Assembly: GCA_965263035.1 (NCBI GenBank)
Contig: OZ253580.1
Span: 1,344,001 to 1,408,000, forward strand
Length of the DNA stretch: 64,000 nucleotides
From: Acidobacteriota bacterium
Lineage (GTDB): Bacteria; Acidobacteriota; UBA6911; RPQK01; JAJDTT01
Direction of reading: 5' to 3'
The notes under the pieces are model-generated. The model was given only the letters and a program-made list of their open reading frames with translations. It had not been told where the DNA came from and did not search any database. Shown one piece after another: positions 9,251 to 18,737 of the stretch (within the stretch, counting starts at the first letter, position 1; the number at the start of each line of letters is the position of its first letter). The position numbers and the translations under genes were made by a program.

Positions 9251-11712
9251 CTGCCCTATACCCACAAATAGTGCTGGACAAACAAGAATGCCTGTCGTAG
9301 TCTTCACGACATGGTAGTTCAGAACCAGATCAAGCGCACCTTGAGCCGAGAGTTGGATCGTTTGCACGCCGTGATGAGGCGGGAGAAGTTCGCCCACCGG
9401 ACGGCGCTGGCGGACCGGGTCTGCTCGGAGTTTGGATTTCACGATGCCCGAGGGCGGGCGCAACGGAGCGGCTGCCTGAAGGCGCTCCGGGAGCTGGAGG
9501 CGGGCGGACGGATTCGTCTGCCGACGCCGCGACGGCGGGTGAAACATTGCGGGCCCCGAGGACTGGGCCGTGCGGTGCCGGAGCCGGTCGGGGTGCCCGA
9601 GACGGTGGACGGCGTGCGGGAGCTGGAGTTGATTCTGGTGGAGACGGGTCCGCAACGAGCGCTCTGGAACGAGTTGATGGCGCGAGAGCATCCACGGGGC
9701 GCGGGGCCGTTGGTGGGTGCTCAACTACGCTATCTGGTGGGCTCGGCCCACGGCTGGCTGGGGGGCTTGGGGTTCGGGGCGGCGGCGTTGCGGTTGCGGG
9801 ACCGGGACCGCTGGATCGGATGGGATGAGGAACAACGCCGGGCGCACCTGCACCGGGTGGTGGGGCTGAGCCGGTTTCTGATCCGTCCGTCAGTGAGGTG
9901 TCGTAATCTGGCCTCCCGGGTGCTGGGGGAGGTGTTGCGGCGGCTGGGTCCGGAGTTCCAGGCGCGCTACGGCTACCGTCCCTGGCTGGTGGAGACCTTC
10001 GTGGAGACGGCTCGCCACGATGGGGCCAGTTTGCGCGCCACGAACTGGAGGGTTCTGGGGCAGACGCAGGGTCGAGGCCGGCAAGATCGGGCGCACCGGG
10101 GTGCGGAGACGAGCAAGGCGATCTATGGGTATGAGTTGTGCCGGGATTGGCGGCGGCGGTTGGGGGTGGGACCGGCGCCGAGGCGGGGAGTGGAACCGAT
10201 GTCGGAGGGCGAGGGACTGGAGGGAGCGGGCTGGGCTCAGCAGGAGTTGGGCGGGGCGCCGCTGGGAGACCGGCGCTTGAGTCGGCGACTGGTGGAGAGT
10301 GCGCACCGACAGGCGCAGGAGCCGGGGCGGGCGTTCACGGGAGTGGCGCGGGGGGATTCTGCGGCGGTCAAGGGATACTACCGGCTGATCGACCAGCCGG
10401 AAGCCTCGGCGGTGACGGTGTCCAACATCCTGGCCCCGCACCGGGAGCGGACCCGGCAGCGGATGCAGGGGCAGCGGACGGTGCTGTGCATCCAGGACGG
10501 GAGCGATCTGAACTTCACGCGGCACGGCCGGTGTGAGGGACTGGGAGTGATCGGGCGCAACCAGACGGGAGCGACGGCGCGGGGACTGCATCTGCACGCG
10601 ACGCTGGTGGTGAGTGAGACGGGGCTGCCGCTGGGGGTGTTGCGGGCGAAGCTGGACGCGCCGAAGCCGGGACCGGTGGCCACGCGGAAAAAGAAGAAGA
10701 CGTATCGCTGGATCGAGGGACTTCGGGACTGCGCCGAGGTGTCGCGGTCCCTCGACGGGGTGCGGGTGGTCAGCGTGGTGGACCGGGAGGCGGATTTTTT
10801 CGCACTGTTCGCCGAGCAACGAGCGTCTCCGGAGGTGGAGTTGCTGGTGCGTGCGAAGCAGGATCGGGTGCTGAAGAGGAAGACCCCGGCGAAGGCGGCC
10901 GGGAAAAGCGCGGATCCGGACCCGGAGCAGAAGCGGAAGCTGTTCGGGCGCCTGCGATCGGCGCCGGTGCGGGCCCGGATGCTGCTGGAGGTGAAGCGTC
11001 AGAGTGCGCGGATCAAGGCCAGCAAGCAGGCGGCCCGCCCGCGGCGGCTGGCGCGGGTGGCTCGGATGGAACTGCGCTACGAGACCCTGACGATTCCGGC
11101 GCCGCGCGGGAACCCAACCGGCATCCCGTCGCTGAGACTGTCGGTGGTGCACGCGCGGGAGGTCGCGCCGCCGGCGCAGGGGAAGCGCCTGGAATGGTTC
11201 CTGCTCACCACCCTGCCGGTGACCGATGTCGAGACGGCGCAGCAACTGCTGAGATGGTATGCGCTGCGCTGGCGGGTGGAGGATTATTTCCGGGTGCTCA
11301 AGACCGGATGCCGGGTACAACAGCTCCAGCACCAAACCGCCGAACGTCTGAAACGGGCCATCGCCATGCACGCCGTCATCGCCTGGCGGATCATGCTGAT
11401 GACGCTGTTGGGGCGAGAGGACCCGGACCTGCCGGCGCAATTGTTGTTTTCCGATCTGGAAATCCGGGTCCTGGGGGCGTTTGCCGCGTCGCGAGGATTC
11501 CCAGCGCCGGAAGACCTGGGGGCGGCCGTGCTCGTGCTGGCCCGCCTGGGAGGATATCTGGCTCGTAAACACGACTCCCCACCTGGGCATCAACTGATGT
11601 GGCAGGGCTACGTCACGCTCTACGGCATGTGTCTGGGCTTCGCTTTACGAGAAGAAACATGAATGAAACCGGACGGCTAATTTGCCCTGTGCAATATGTG
11701 GGTAAAGGGCAG
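9251..11712 (+). mobile_element. IS4-family insertion sequence, copy 1 (2462 bp)
   Basis: Terminal inverted repeats CTGCCCTATACCCACA / TGTGGGTAAAGGGCAG; 8-bp direct repeat GGCTAGCC at 9243-9250 and 11713-11720; near-identical copy at 59393-61857. Confidence 0.95.
9311..11662 (+). CDS. IS4-family (Tn5/IS50-like) DDE transposase with N-terminal DUF4338 (DruA-like) domain
   Basis: WAQQELGGAPLGDRRLSRRL (Tn5 DNA-binding domain), IQDGSDL, VVDREAD, YALRWRVEDYFRVLK (YREK), LGGY...PPG. The N-terminus has RDRWIGW, SRFLIRP, NLASRVL, LVETFVE, GQTQGRGRQD, typical of DUF4338. Confidence 0.93.
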   Translation: MVVQNQIKRTLSRELDRLHAVMRREKFAHRTALADRVCSEFGFHDARGRAQRSGCLKALRELEAGGRIRLPTPRRRVKHCGPRGLGRAVPEPVGVPETVDGVRELELILVETGPQRALWNELMAREHPRGAGPLVGAQLRYLVGSAHGWLGGLGFGAAALRLRDRDRWIGWDEEQRRAHLHRVVGLSRFLIRPSVRCRNLASRVLGEVLRRLGPEFQARYGYRPWLVETFVETARHDGASLRATNWRVLGQTQGRGRQDRAHRGAETSKAIYGYELCRDWRRRLGVGPAPRRGVEPMSEGEGLEGAGWAQQELGGAPLGDRRLSRRLVESAHRQAQEPGRAFTGVARGDSAAVKGYYRLIDQPEASAVTVSNILAPHRERTRQRMQGQRTVLCIQDGSDLNFTRHGRCEGLGVIGRNQTGATARGLHLHATLVVSETGLPLGVLRAKLDAPKPGPVATRKKKKTYRWIEGLRDCAEVSRSLDGVRVVSVVDREADFFALFAEQRASPEVELLVRAKQDRVLKRKTPAKAAGKSADPDPEQKRKLFGRLRSAPVRARMLLEVKRQSARIKASKQAARPRRLARVARMELRYETLTIPAPRGNPTGIPSLRLSVVHAREVAPPAQGKRLEWFLLTTLPVTDVETAQQLLRWYALRWRVEDYFRVLKTGCRVQQLQHQTAERLKRAIAMHAVIAWRIMLMTLLGREDPDLPAQLLFSDLEIRVLGAFAASRGFPAPEDLGAAVLVLARLGGYLARKHDSPPGHQLMWQGYVTLYGMCLGFALREET

Positions 11713-11790
11713 GGCTAGCCGGTCCTGCTACCGATCACGGAGCGTGACCGCCGAGACCGACCCTCGCAATGCGCGGGAGTTCCATAACGT

Positions 11791-12111
11791 TTATCGCGGG
11801 ACCGCCTCGCGCGCCAGCGTGTCCTCCCGCCATCCGCGCGCCCGTCGCGCCTGCGCGAGCTCGTAGCTCGCCTGCATTCGCATCCAGTGATCGGCGGTGC
11901 CCCAACCGAGCGCCTCCAACGCGAGCGCCATGTTCGTCGACACGCCCGCCTTGCCGTTCAGCAGACGCGACAGGGTCCCTCGCTCGCATCCCAGGCGCGC
12001 CGCCGTCTCGGTCACGTTCCATCCGACCTCGTCCATGCTCTCACGGATCAGTTCGCCCAAGTGCGGGGGGTTCAGCATCGGACCCGGGCGCTCGCCGCCT
12101 GTGCCGTTCAT
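11791..12111 (-). CDS. higA: HigA-family antitoxin (HTH)
   Basis: NPPHLGELIRE, HTH, LLNGKAGVS.NMALALE, WMRMQASYEL; immediately downstream of higB. Confidence 0.9.
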   Translation of the reverse strand: MNGTGGERPGPMLNPPHLGELIRESMDEVGWNVTETAARLGCERGTLSRLLNGKAGVSTNMALALEALGWGTADHWMRMQASYELAQARRARGWREDTLAREAVPR

Positions 12112-12129
12112 GATCTTTCCTCCTTCCCG

Positions 12130-12402
12130 TCAGTGGTAATCTACCAGTTTCACATCCACGACCTCGCCGTCCTCGAAGCGGAACACCACGCGCCAGTTGC
12201 CCGACACGCGTACGCTCCATTGGCCGGTCCGGCTGCCCTTCAACGGATGCAGCCGGAACCCGGGCGCGTCCGCGCTGCCGGGATGGGTCGCTTCTTGCAA
12301 CCGGAACAGTATGCGTCGAAGCCGGGGCACCAGATTCGCCGGGAGCCGAGCCCGATCATCCCGCTCATGGAGCGCCCGCAGTCCCTTGTGCCTGATCTTC
12401 AT
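12130..12402 (-). CDS. higB: HigB / RelE-ParE family toxin
   Basis: IRHKGLR, PGFRLHPLKG, WSVRVSGNWRVVFRF, DYH C-terminus; toxin-first gene order. Confidence 0.92.
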   Translation of the reverse strand: MKIRHKGLRALHERDDRARLPANLVPRLRRILFRLQEATHPGSADAPGFRLHPLKGSRTGQWSVRVSGNWRVVFRFEDGEVVDVKLVDYH

Positions 12403-12411
12403 AACCTAACT

Positions 12412-12428
12412 GTAGCGCGTAGCGTTAC
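12412..12428. promoter_or_regulatory. Putative HigA operator
   Basis: Imperfect palindrome GTAGCGC-GTA-GCGTTAC about 10 bp upstream of the higB start. Confidence 0.5.
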
Positions 12429-12435
12429 CCGAAAC

Positions 12436-12460
12436 GGAAGAAATAGACTGTCCCTTTATT
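12436..12460 (+). repeat. GAAGAAATAGACTGTCCC motif locus 2
   Basis: GGAAGAAATAGACTGTCCCTTTATT is a direct repeat of locus 1 and bounds the higBA segment. Confidence 0.8.
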
Positions 12461-12479
12461 GAGTCTGAATTCCTCCGTT

Positions 12480-13568
12480 TTATTCCAGCCCGAACAGACG
12501 TGTTGCATTTCCGCCGAAGAAGAGCGACTTGTCCTCCTCGGACATGAACTCGGCGTGCAGACGGACATAGTCCATTGCCTGCCGGTAGGTGACACTGCGT
12601 TCGGCCGCCGGCATATCCGAACCCCAGATCAGCTTTTCCGGTCCCAGCTCGTCGTACAACCGTTTGAGCATGTCCTGTGCCCATGAGAATGGGTATTCGG
12701 TGTCCGGCGCCATCAACTGCAGCATGACTTCCAGACTCAGGTTCGGGTTCTTGAGGCAGGTCAGGACTTCAACCGGGATATCGAATCGCTCTTCGGGGGG
12801 ACGCATGACGATGGTCTCGATGCCGTGGGTATAGACGCAGGGAATATCCGGGTGCGACTTGGCCCAGCGGTCCAGACGGACGACCTGCTCCAGGTAGCTG
12901 CCGAGCCGATCCCGGTGACTCGTGTAGAGGTACCAGAACACCGGAATATCCAGCCGGCGGACCGTCTCCCACAGGGGTTCGAACTTGGCGTCGTCCAGGT
13001 GATCGACCCAGCCGGTGAAGGCCAACGATTCAACGGCGAAATAGAGTCCCCTCAACCCCAGGTTTTCGACGGAGTACTCCAATCGGGACCATTGGAGTTC
13101 CTGATCCGCCTCCCACTCCCGGATCTGAGCCAGCGGAAGGAACCGTCCTGGATACCGGTTCATGCAGTCGCTCAGGATCTCATTGAGGCTGCCGTAGATA
13201 TGATCGTGTTGCAGGACCGCCATATCCACACCCAGATAGTCCATGTAGGCGATCATGAGTTCGGGGGGAGCCGCCATGTCCTGCAACCAACAGGGATACC
13301 ACTGCAGATAGTAGTCTTCTCCATCCACGGTGCATTCCAACTGGCCGTGCCCCGCAATGCGGAAATGGACATCCCGCATATCCGCTATGCCCTCGCCGGT
13401 CGGCATCAGCAGTGAGTCATCGGCACGCAAACCGTCGCGGCGCCGACGCCAGCCTTGGGAGTGGAACTGCACGTGGTGCTGGATGATGTGCAACTGGGTC
13501 TCCGCCGTCTGGTCACCCGAGTCGGTGCCCAGACGCGGAAATACATGAGCATGGGCATCGATAATCAT
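12480..13568 (-). CDS. Amidohydrolase family protein (Amidohydro_2 TIM barrel)
   Basis: MIIDAHAH metal-binding motif, YPGRF, LIWGSDMP, FFGGNATRLF. Confidence 0.88.
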   Translation of the reverse strand: MIIDAHAHVFPRLGTDSGDQTAETQLHIIQHHVQFHSQGWRRRRDGLRADDSLLMPTGEGIADMRDVHFRIAGHGQLECTVDGEDYYLQWYPCWLQDMAAPPELMIAYMDYLGVDMAVLQHDHIYGSLNEILSDCMNRYPGRFLPLAQIREWEADQELQWSRLEYSVENLGLRGLYFAVESLAFTGWVDHLDDAKFEPLWETVRRLDIPVFWYLYTSHRDRLGSYLEQVVRLDRWAKSHPDIPCVYTHGIETIVMRPPEERFDIPVEVLTCLKNPNLSLEVMLQLMAPDTEYPFSWAQDMLKRLYDELGPEKLIWGSDMPAAERSVTYRQAMDYVRLHAEFMSEEDKSLFFGGNATRLFGLE

Positions 13569-13616
13569 CTGATCCGAGCCTCCCCCGGGACGATAAGTTA
13601 CGTATGCCAGGGGAGG

Positions 13617-16496
13617 TCAAGGCTGGTAGTCGACCCAGGCCGGAGACCCCCAGGCCATTTCCCCATCTTCCTGGATAACGCGAAGATAGTAGTAGCTCTC
13701 CCCCGGCGCGGAAGCGTTGTCCGCGTACTGGAACTCGACCCGCTTCTGATCGGGGGTAACCGAGTAGACGATCCGGTTGTCTTTGATGACGTCCACGCGG
13801 CGGATGGGCTGGGTGCCCGTCAAGTCGGCCGTGATTCGAACCGGAGTGGCGCTCCTGAAGGCCTCCCCCATCAAGTGCTCTCCGTCCGATCCGTGGAATC
13901 GGACATCCAGGATGATGTTGTCCGTGGCGGCGTAGGCACGGCGGGCGCGGATGGCCTCCAGGAGCCCCTCCGGCGTCAGCTCTTCGGCGATCAGGCAGGC
14001 GTAGCTGATATGGGTGGAAATATGGTCCGAGGAGGCGATGAATCCCAGCTTGTAGCCCTTCTCCAGCGCGCTCCAAGCGGTTCCCATCCGACGAAAGGGC
14101 CGGTTGTCCTGCTCCAGCGTGGAACTGGGCCGAACCGTCATGGGCTGAGGGGCTCCCGGGTACTCGTAGGTCTCCCGCATTCCCTGGAAGATCTCCAGCA
14201 GATGCTCGACCCTGGGGTCGTTGTCCCGCCAGTCGGTACCGGAACCGGTCGCTATGGTGTGCGGGATGGAGGTTCCGTTTTTGCGCCGGAGGTGCCAAAA
14301 GAGCCTCTCGGACCCCTCCAGGCCCAGGTGCTCGGCCGACTCGATGGGGAGGATCGAGGTTCCCCGGCGGATGAAGAAGACGTTGCGGTGACCGTTGGGG
14401 AATTCGAGGCTGCGTTCGTAACCGTAGAAGGCGGCGAAGTTCTCCAACTGGAAGAGGTCGGCGACCTTCTGGTTCCGCCACCAGTTGTAGGGCTCGACGA
14501 TCTCGTGGTTGTGGTCCGTGACACCCAGAAAGTCCAGCCCGGCGGCATCCCGGGCGTATCTGTAAGCGTCCACCAGGGAGCCGTCGCCCCCGCCGTCCAG
14601 GGAGATATCGGTATGGCGGTGCAGGTCACCACGGTAGATGGTAAAAGTCCGGCCTCGTGAGTGAATCCGGTAAGAGCGGATTCGTTCCAGATCGCCGGTC
14701 TCGTCGGGATGGACGGGATCGAAGGAGTCTACGGGCGGAAGCCGGAGACGAGACAATTCGATCGGGGACGGCTCGCCGCGGCCCAGAAGCCCCACCATGA
14801 CCTGTCCGTGCACGGCCAGGAAGGATTTCGTGCTGCGATTGTCGGTAGGCCAGGCGGCCCAGACGCGGCCGTCCGAGTCGAGCGCGGTTGCCGGTATCAT
14901 GTCGTTCCGGCCCGCGCTGTTGAAGAGCGGCGTCGGATGAGTCCACCGGGACCCGTCGTATCGCAGACAGACGATCTCCCACGAGGGAAAGTAGCGCCCG
15001 CGGCCCTCGGACTGGCGCATCTTCAGGTGCCGAACCAGCAGCCAGGGATGACCCGCGGCATCCGCCTGGAGGTGGGGCATCTCCCATTTCCCCTCCCCCA
15101 GGACCGCGGAGAGATTCTGGCGGGTGGTCATCCATTCACCGTCGGCAAGGCACGCCACCCGTAGCGACCTGGTCTCGTAAAGCTCCGTTCCTTTGGACTG
15201 GCCGCTCTGATCGACGAGCCGCCCCGTGTCCTTGCCCCACTGCGGACCCGACTCGTGCCAGGCGATCCAGGTCCGTCCCCGGCCATCCATGGCCACCGAG
15301 GCGCCGGCTTCGAACCGATCCGTCGCAGCCACGCTCCGGACGTCCTTCCACCGTCCCGACTGCCGCAGTCTGAGATAGACGTCGTAGCTGCCGGAAGCGT
15401 AGCCGTCCCAGGCGATGGCCAGTTGGCCATCGGGACCCGCGGCAACCGACGGCCACCAGTTGTTTCCTCCAGCCGCTGGCCCTTCACTGATCGGAACCTC
15501 CTGGCCCCAGCGTTGGCCGTCGAAGTCCTGGGCCACGATCTGGGTCACGCCGCCGACCGTTTTCTGCCAGACCAGCCAGAGCCGTCCCTCCGCATCGGTG
15601 ACGGCTCGGTGGTAGATGTCCGGACTCGGATGGTCGGTGAGCTGTTGGCGGGAAGACCATTGTTCCCCATCGAAATTTCGCGCGTAAAGATCCCAATTCC
15701 CTTCCTCCTGGGCAGACCAGACAACCCAGATCCGCCCCTTGGAATCCTCAGCTACGGCCGTGCGAAAGGCGTCCACGTCCGCATCCAGCAGGTGGACCGG
15801 GCCCCAGCCCGACTCGCCCCGAGACCGGGCCACGACCTGATCCGCCTCTCCCTCGACGTATTCCTGCCACGCGGCCCAGAGCTTGCCGGAGCGCGTCGCC
15901 GTCATTGCAGGATAGTCCTGGATGTCGAAGCGCTCGGGGGCCAGAGGCGAAGACGGCGGGACCGATTCCACCACGACGGCTCCCTCCAGAAACGTCTCGG
16001 CCTGAAAGAGCTGGATGCCATCGGGCCGGAAACTGACCGATCCCTTCGCCGTCTCGATCCGGATGGGCTGGTCTCCTGGATTCTCCAGCACGCTTACGAT
16101 GACGCTGGGATGGCGAAGAGTGCTCTTTCCCCTGCGAGCCCAGCTCATGCGGGTGGCCGCCACCCAGCCCAGTTTCCCCTTGATCTGGTCGTTGGGAAGC
16201 TGAGGATCGGCGTCGACCGAGTGGATGCTGTCGAGGAAGCTGTGGCGGTAGATGTTGGCCCGGAACTCGTCCGGCCTCAGCTCAAGCTTCTGACCAGGTA
16301 CCGGGACCAGCCTGCCGCTCCAGATTCCGGGTTCCGAATCGAGGAGTCCCAGCCGGACCCGGAAGGAAGCTTCGGGAAGCAGAATTTCAGTCGAGGGCGG
16401 CGGCGGAGAGCCGGCGGGCCGGCATTGGGACAGCCCGATCGCCAACGCCAGCACTCCCAGACCCGACAGCGACAACGATACGCGTCCGACTGCCAT
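13617..16496 (-). CDS. Large secreted protein with beta-propeller repeats and C-terminal PHP-like metallohydrolase (DUF3604 / CehA-McbA-like)
   Basis: Lipoprotein-like signal, repeated W..W propeller blades, GDLHRHT, GVTDH, GHRN, IPH, SSDH, RRAYAAT, YYYLRVIQEDGEMAWGSPAW. Confidence 0.75.
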   Translation of the reverse strand: MAVGRVSLSLSGLGVLALAIGLSQCRPAGSPPPPSTEILLPEASFRVRLGLLDSEPGIWSGRLVPVPGQKLELRPDEFRANIYRHSFLDSIHSVDADPQLPNDQIKGKLGWVAATRMSWARRGKSTLRHPSVIVSVLENPGDQPIRIETAKGSVSFRPDGIQLFQAETFLEGAVVVESVPPSSPLAPERFDIQDYPAMTATRSGKLWAAWQEYVEGEADQVVARSRGESGWGPVHLLDADVDAFRTAVAEDSKGRIWVVWSAQEEGNWDLYARNFDGEQWSSRQQLTDHPSPDIYHRAVTDAEGRLWLVWQKTVGGVTQIVAQDFDGQRWGQEVPISEGPAAGGNNWWPSVAAGPDGQLAIAWDGYASGSYDVYLRLRQSGRWKDVRSVAATDRFEAGASVAMDGRGRTWIAWHESGPQWGKDTGRLVDQSGQSKGTELYETRSLRVACLADGEWMTTRQNLSAVLGEGKWEMPHLQADAAGHPWLLVRHLKMRQSEGRGRYFPSWEIVCLRYDGSRWTHPTPLFNSAGRNDMIPATALDSDGRVWAAWPTDNRSTKSFLAVHGQVMVGLLGRGEPSPIELSRLRLPPVDSFDPVHPDETGDLERIRSYRIHSRGRTFTIYRGDLHRHTDISLDGGGDGSLVDAYRYARDAAGLDFLGVTDHNHEIVEPYNWWRNQKVADLFQLENFAAFYGYERSLEFPNGHRNVFFIRRGTSILPIESAEHLGLEGSERLFWHLRRKNGTSIPHTIATGSGTDWRDNDPRVEHLLEIFQGMRETYEYPGAPQPMTVRPSSTLEQDNRPFRRMGTAWSALEKGYKLGFIASSDHISTHISYACLIAEELTPEGLLEAIRARRAYAATDNIILDVRFHGSDGEHLMGEAFRSATPVRITADLTGTQPIRRVDVIKDNRIVYSVTPDQKRVEFQYADNASAPGESYYYLRVIQEDGEMAWGSPAWVDYQP

Positions 16497-16625
16497 AGAG
16501 GTTCCTCCGAAAAGGGTGGTGATCCAGTCGGTCTGAAGAATACCAACCGAGGGGGACTGTCCAACGGATCGGAACTCAAGCCCAAGTTCGGCGAGCTCCC
16601 CGGTCCCGAACCCGGCACACCGGCA

Positions 16626-18125
16626 TCAGTGAAACCGGAATGCGTACAGATGGGCGTCGCGGAGGCGAATGCGCAGACGGACCGGAAGGCCGGCGAAGCG
16701 GGAGAGGTCGACCCGGGGTTCCCACCGCACGACTCACCCGGTTCGATCTCCGGCGATTCTAGGGCAATCCTTCATTCCCACGCCCGGAAGGGGAGCTCCG
16801 GTTTCGTCCTGGAGCTCGACCCGAAGGCCGCCCCCTGCGCTCGTGCTGTAGTTGAGCTCCAGCCGGCTGCCGCTGAAGACGATGGGCCGGGTCGTGAATT
16901 CACCCCACCCCTCGTAGGGACCCTCCACCGACACGAAGCCGTCGTTCCGGAGCGAACAGCGCCGAAGCCGGCATTCGGGCGAGCGGTACAGTTCCGTGTA
17001 GTACATGGAGATTTCATCGCGTCCGGTGGGCACCACCCCCTGCCCCATGATGGGATTTCGGTCCACCCAATTGCGTTGGTCCGGACCCGGGCTCAGGAAA
17101 GGCTTCCGGAGCGGCCGCAGCCAGTGCACTCCGTCCCGGCTGGTGGCCAACTGAACGTCGGAGAGCCCGGTCTGATACTCCAGGCTCTTGTCGTCCCTCA
17201 CGTAGAACACCATGGGGAACATGAGAAAGCTGCGGGCCGCCCGGAAATAATTGACGGCGGCATTGGTGTAGTGATGGAGGTTGGCGGGATCCTTCAGGTC
17301 TCGGGCCAGCACCATTTCGGGCTCCGACCAGTGGAGGAAATCCTGGGACTCGCAGCGCCGGATCGCCCGGCGCCCCCCTCTGAAACGGGACTTGTCCACT
17401 TCCGGCCGGTTGTGGACATAGCGCCGGCCCTCCGGATCCCACATGACGGGACCTCCGGTCGAGGTGTCGACGCCTCGCATGTAGATGACGTAGAGACCTC
17501 GTTCGTCGTCCCACAACAGGGTATTGTGGCTGTCGAAGGGCCCCGAGATGGCCAGCGGAGTCTCTCGCACCGGCTTCCAGCCGATTCCGTCCGGAGAAAC
17601 ATAGCCGCGAAGCCCGCCGGAAGAGGCGATCATCTTGTAGCGCCCGGGACTTCCCGGCGGCTCATTGGGATCCAGAATCTGGCTGGCGTTGTGAAGCTCG
17701 GCACCTCCCAGGATATTGTTGTTTCTGGATCCCTGGAAGGAGTACAGGCCCAGGTTCGGCTTGATCCAGCGAACGCCGTCGCCGCTTTCCGCATAGCAGG
17801 TCCGCCGGCCTGCCCGGTAGCACATCTGATATCGGCCGCCGGAGTGGACGACCGAACTGTAGTGGATGCCTTCCGCTTCCCAGGGCCGGTCGCTTTCCAG
17901 CGCCGTTTCCCGGGGCAGCGGACGATGCAGCGTGAGCCGGATATTCCATGTCCGGTCGAACCAGTAGTCGTCCAGAAACAACTGCCGCCTCGATCCGACG
18001 TCGATGGGCCCGGCACGGTCCGGGACGGCGCTTCGGCCCGGCAAGAAAGTTCCGGCTCCCAGCGTCAGGCCGGCGACGCCCGTAGACTTCAGCCAACTGC
18101 GGCGGGTCCTTCGAATTTGGCTCAT
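16626..18125 (-). pseudogene. Tat-exported glycoside-hydrolase-like beta-propeller paralog with in-frame TGA at 16734-16736
   Basis: RRSWLK Tat signal and family motifs. After the TGA the same frame continues VVRWEPRVDLSRFAGLPVRLRIRLRDAHLYAFRFH*, matching the paralog C-termini. Confidence 0.8.
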
Positions 18126-18344
18126 GAATGCCAGACCTCCATTTTCCGCAGAACGGACCCACGGCCCGCTTGTCATCGATGCCGAGCCAGCCGCCGATGG
18201 AGTGCACCCCAGAATCGTCCCTTGAGCCGGAAAATATCCTCGGCTGACGCCAGTCTATCTGTCCCCGGCGCGGTACATCCAGACAGGCTCTATCGGCTGG
18301 TTCGGTATGAGCATGAATTGGGGAACGGGATCGAGTGAGACGAA

Positions 18345-18500
18345 ATGAGCGGCTGCATCCGTGATTCCGTTTCCGAAAAGCGGGGTTTCGGCAGATTGGG
18401 GCGCCGGGAGTTCATCGAGTCGGAAGTGGGGCTGATCTCATCTCTGAGCGTGAACCCGCCGGCACGGAGGGAAGAAATAGACTGTCCCCTTTTTAGGTAG
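18345..18500 (+). pseudogene. Truncated stub with Tat-like signal running into the repeat motif
   Basis: MSGCIRDSVSEKRGFGRLGRREFIESEVGLISSL...; the frame enters the GAAGAAATAGACTGTCCC motif and stops. Confidence 0.3.
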
Positions 18501-18513
18501 GGACTGTCCCTCT
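18470..18513 (+). repeat. GAAGAAATAGACTGTCCC motif locus 3
   Basis: GGAAGAAATAGACTGTCCCCTTTTT followed by a partial copy GGGACTGTCCCTCT. Confidence 0.8.
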
Positions 18514-18737
18514 ATAGGGGACTCCGAGAGGACCCCGTGTATGCCTCCTGGATCTCGTGAAGAAGACCGGCTTCGAGGCACGATTTGCACAATCCGTCGT
18601 CGCGGGCGTACAAACGGGAGGTCGGCGGCCACCATGGGACCAGGAGCCGGCTGGCGGCAGGGCCGCGCAAGCAATCCGCGCCGTCTCCCCCCAACCGCCC
18701 TGGCTGATCGGCACGGTCGGAAGAGAGGAGAATCCCC

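Noticed and set aside
15255-18338. 1027-aa plus-strand ORF and many other long antisense ORFs (e.g. 9890-11593, 41384-43351, 50780-52783)
   Set aside because: Shadow frames opposite well-supported genes in high-GC DNA, with no recognisable motifs.
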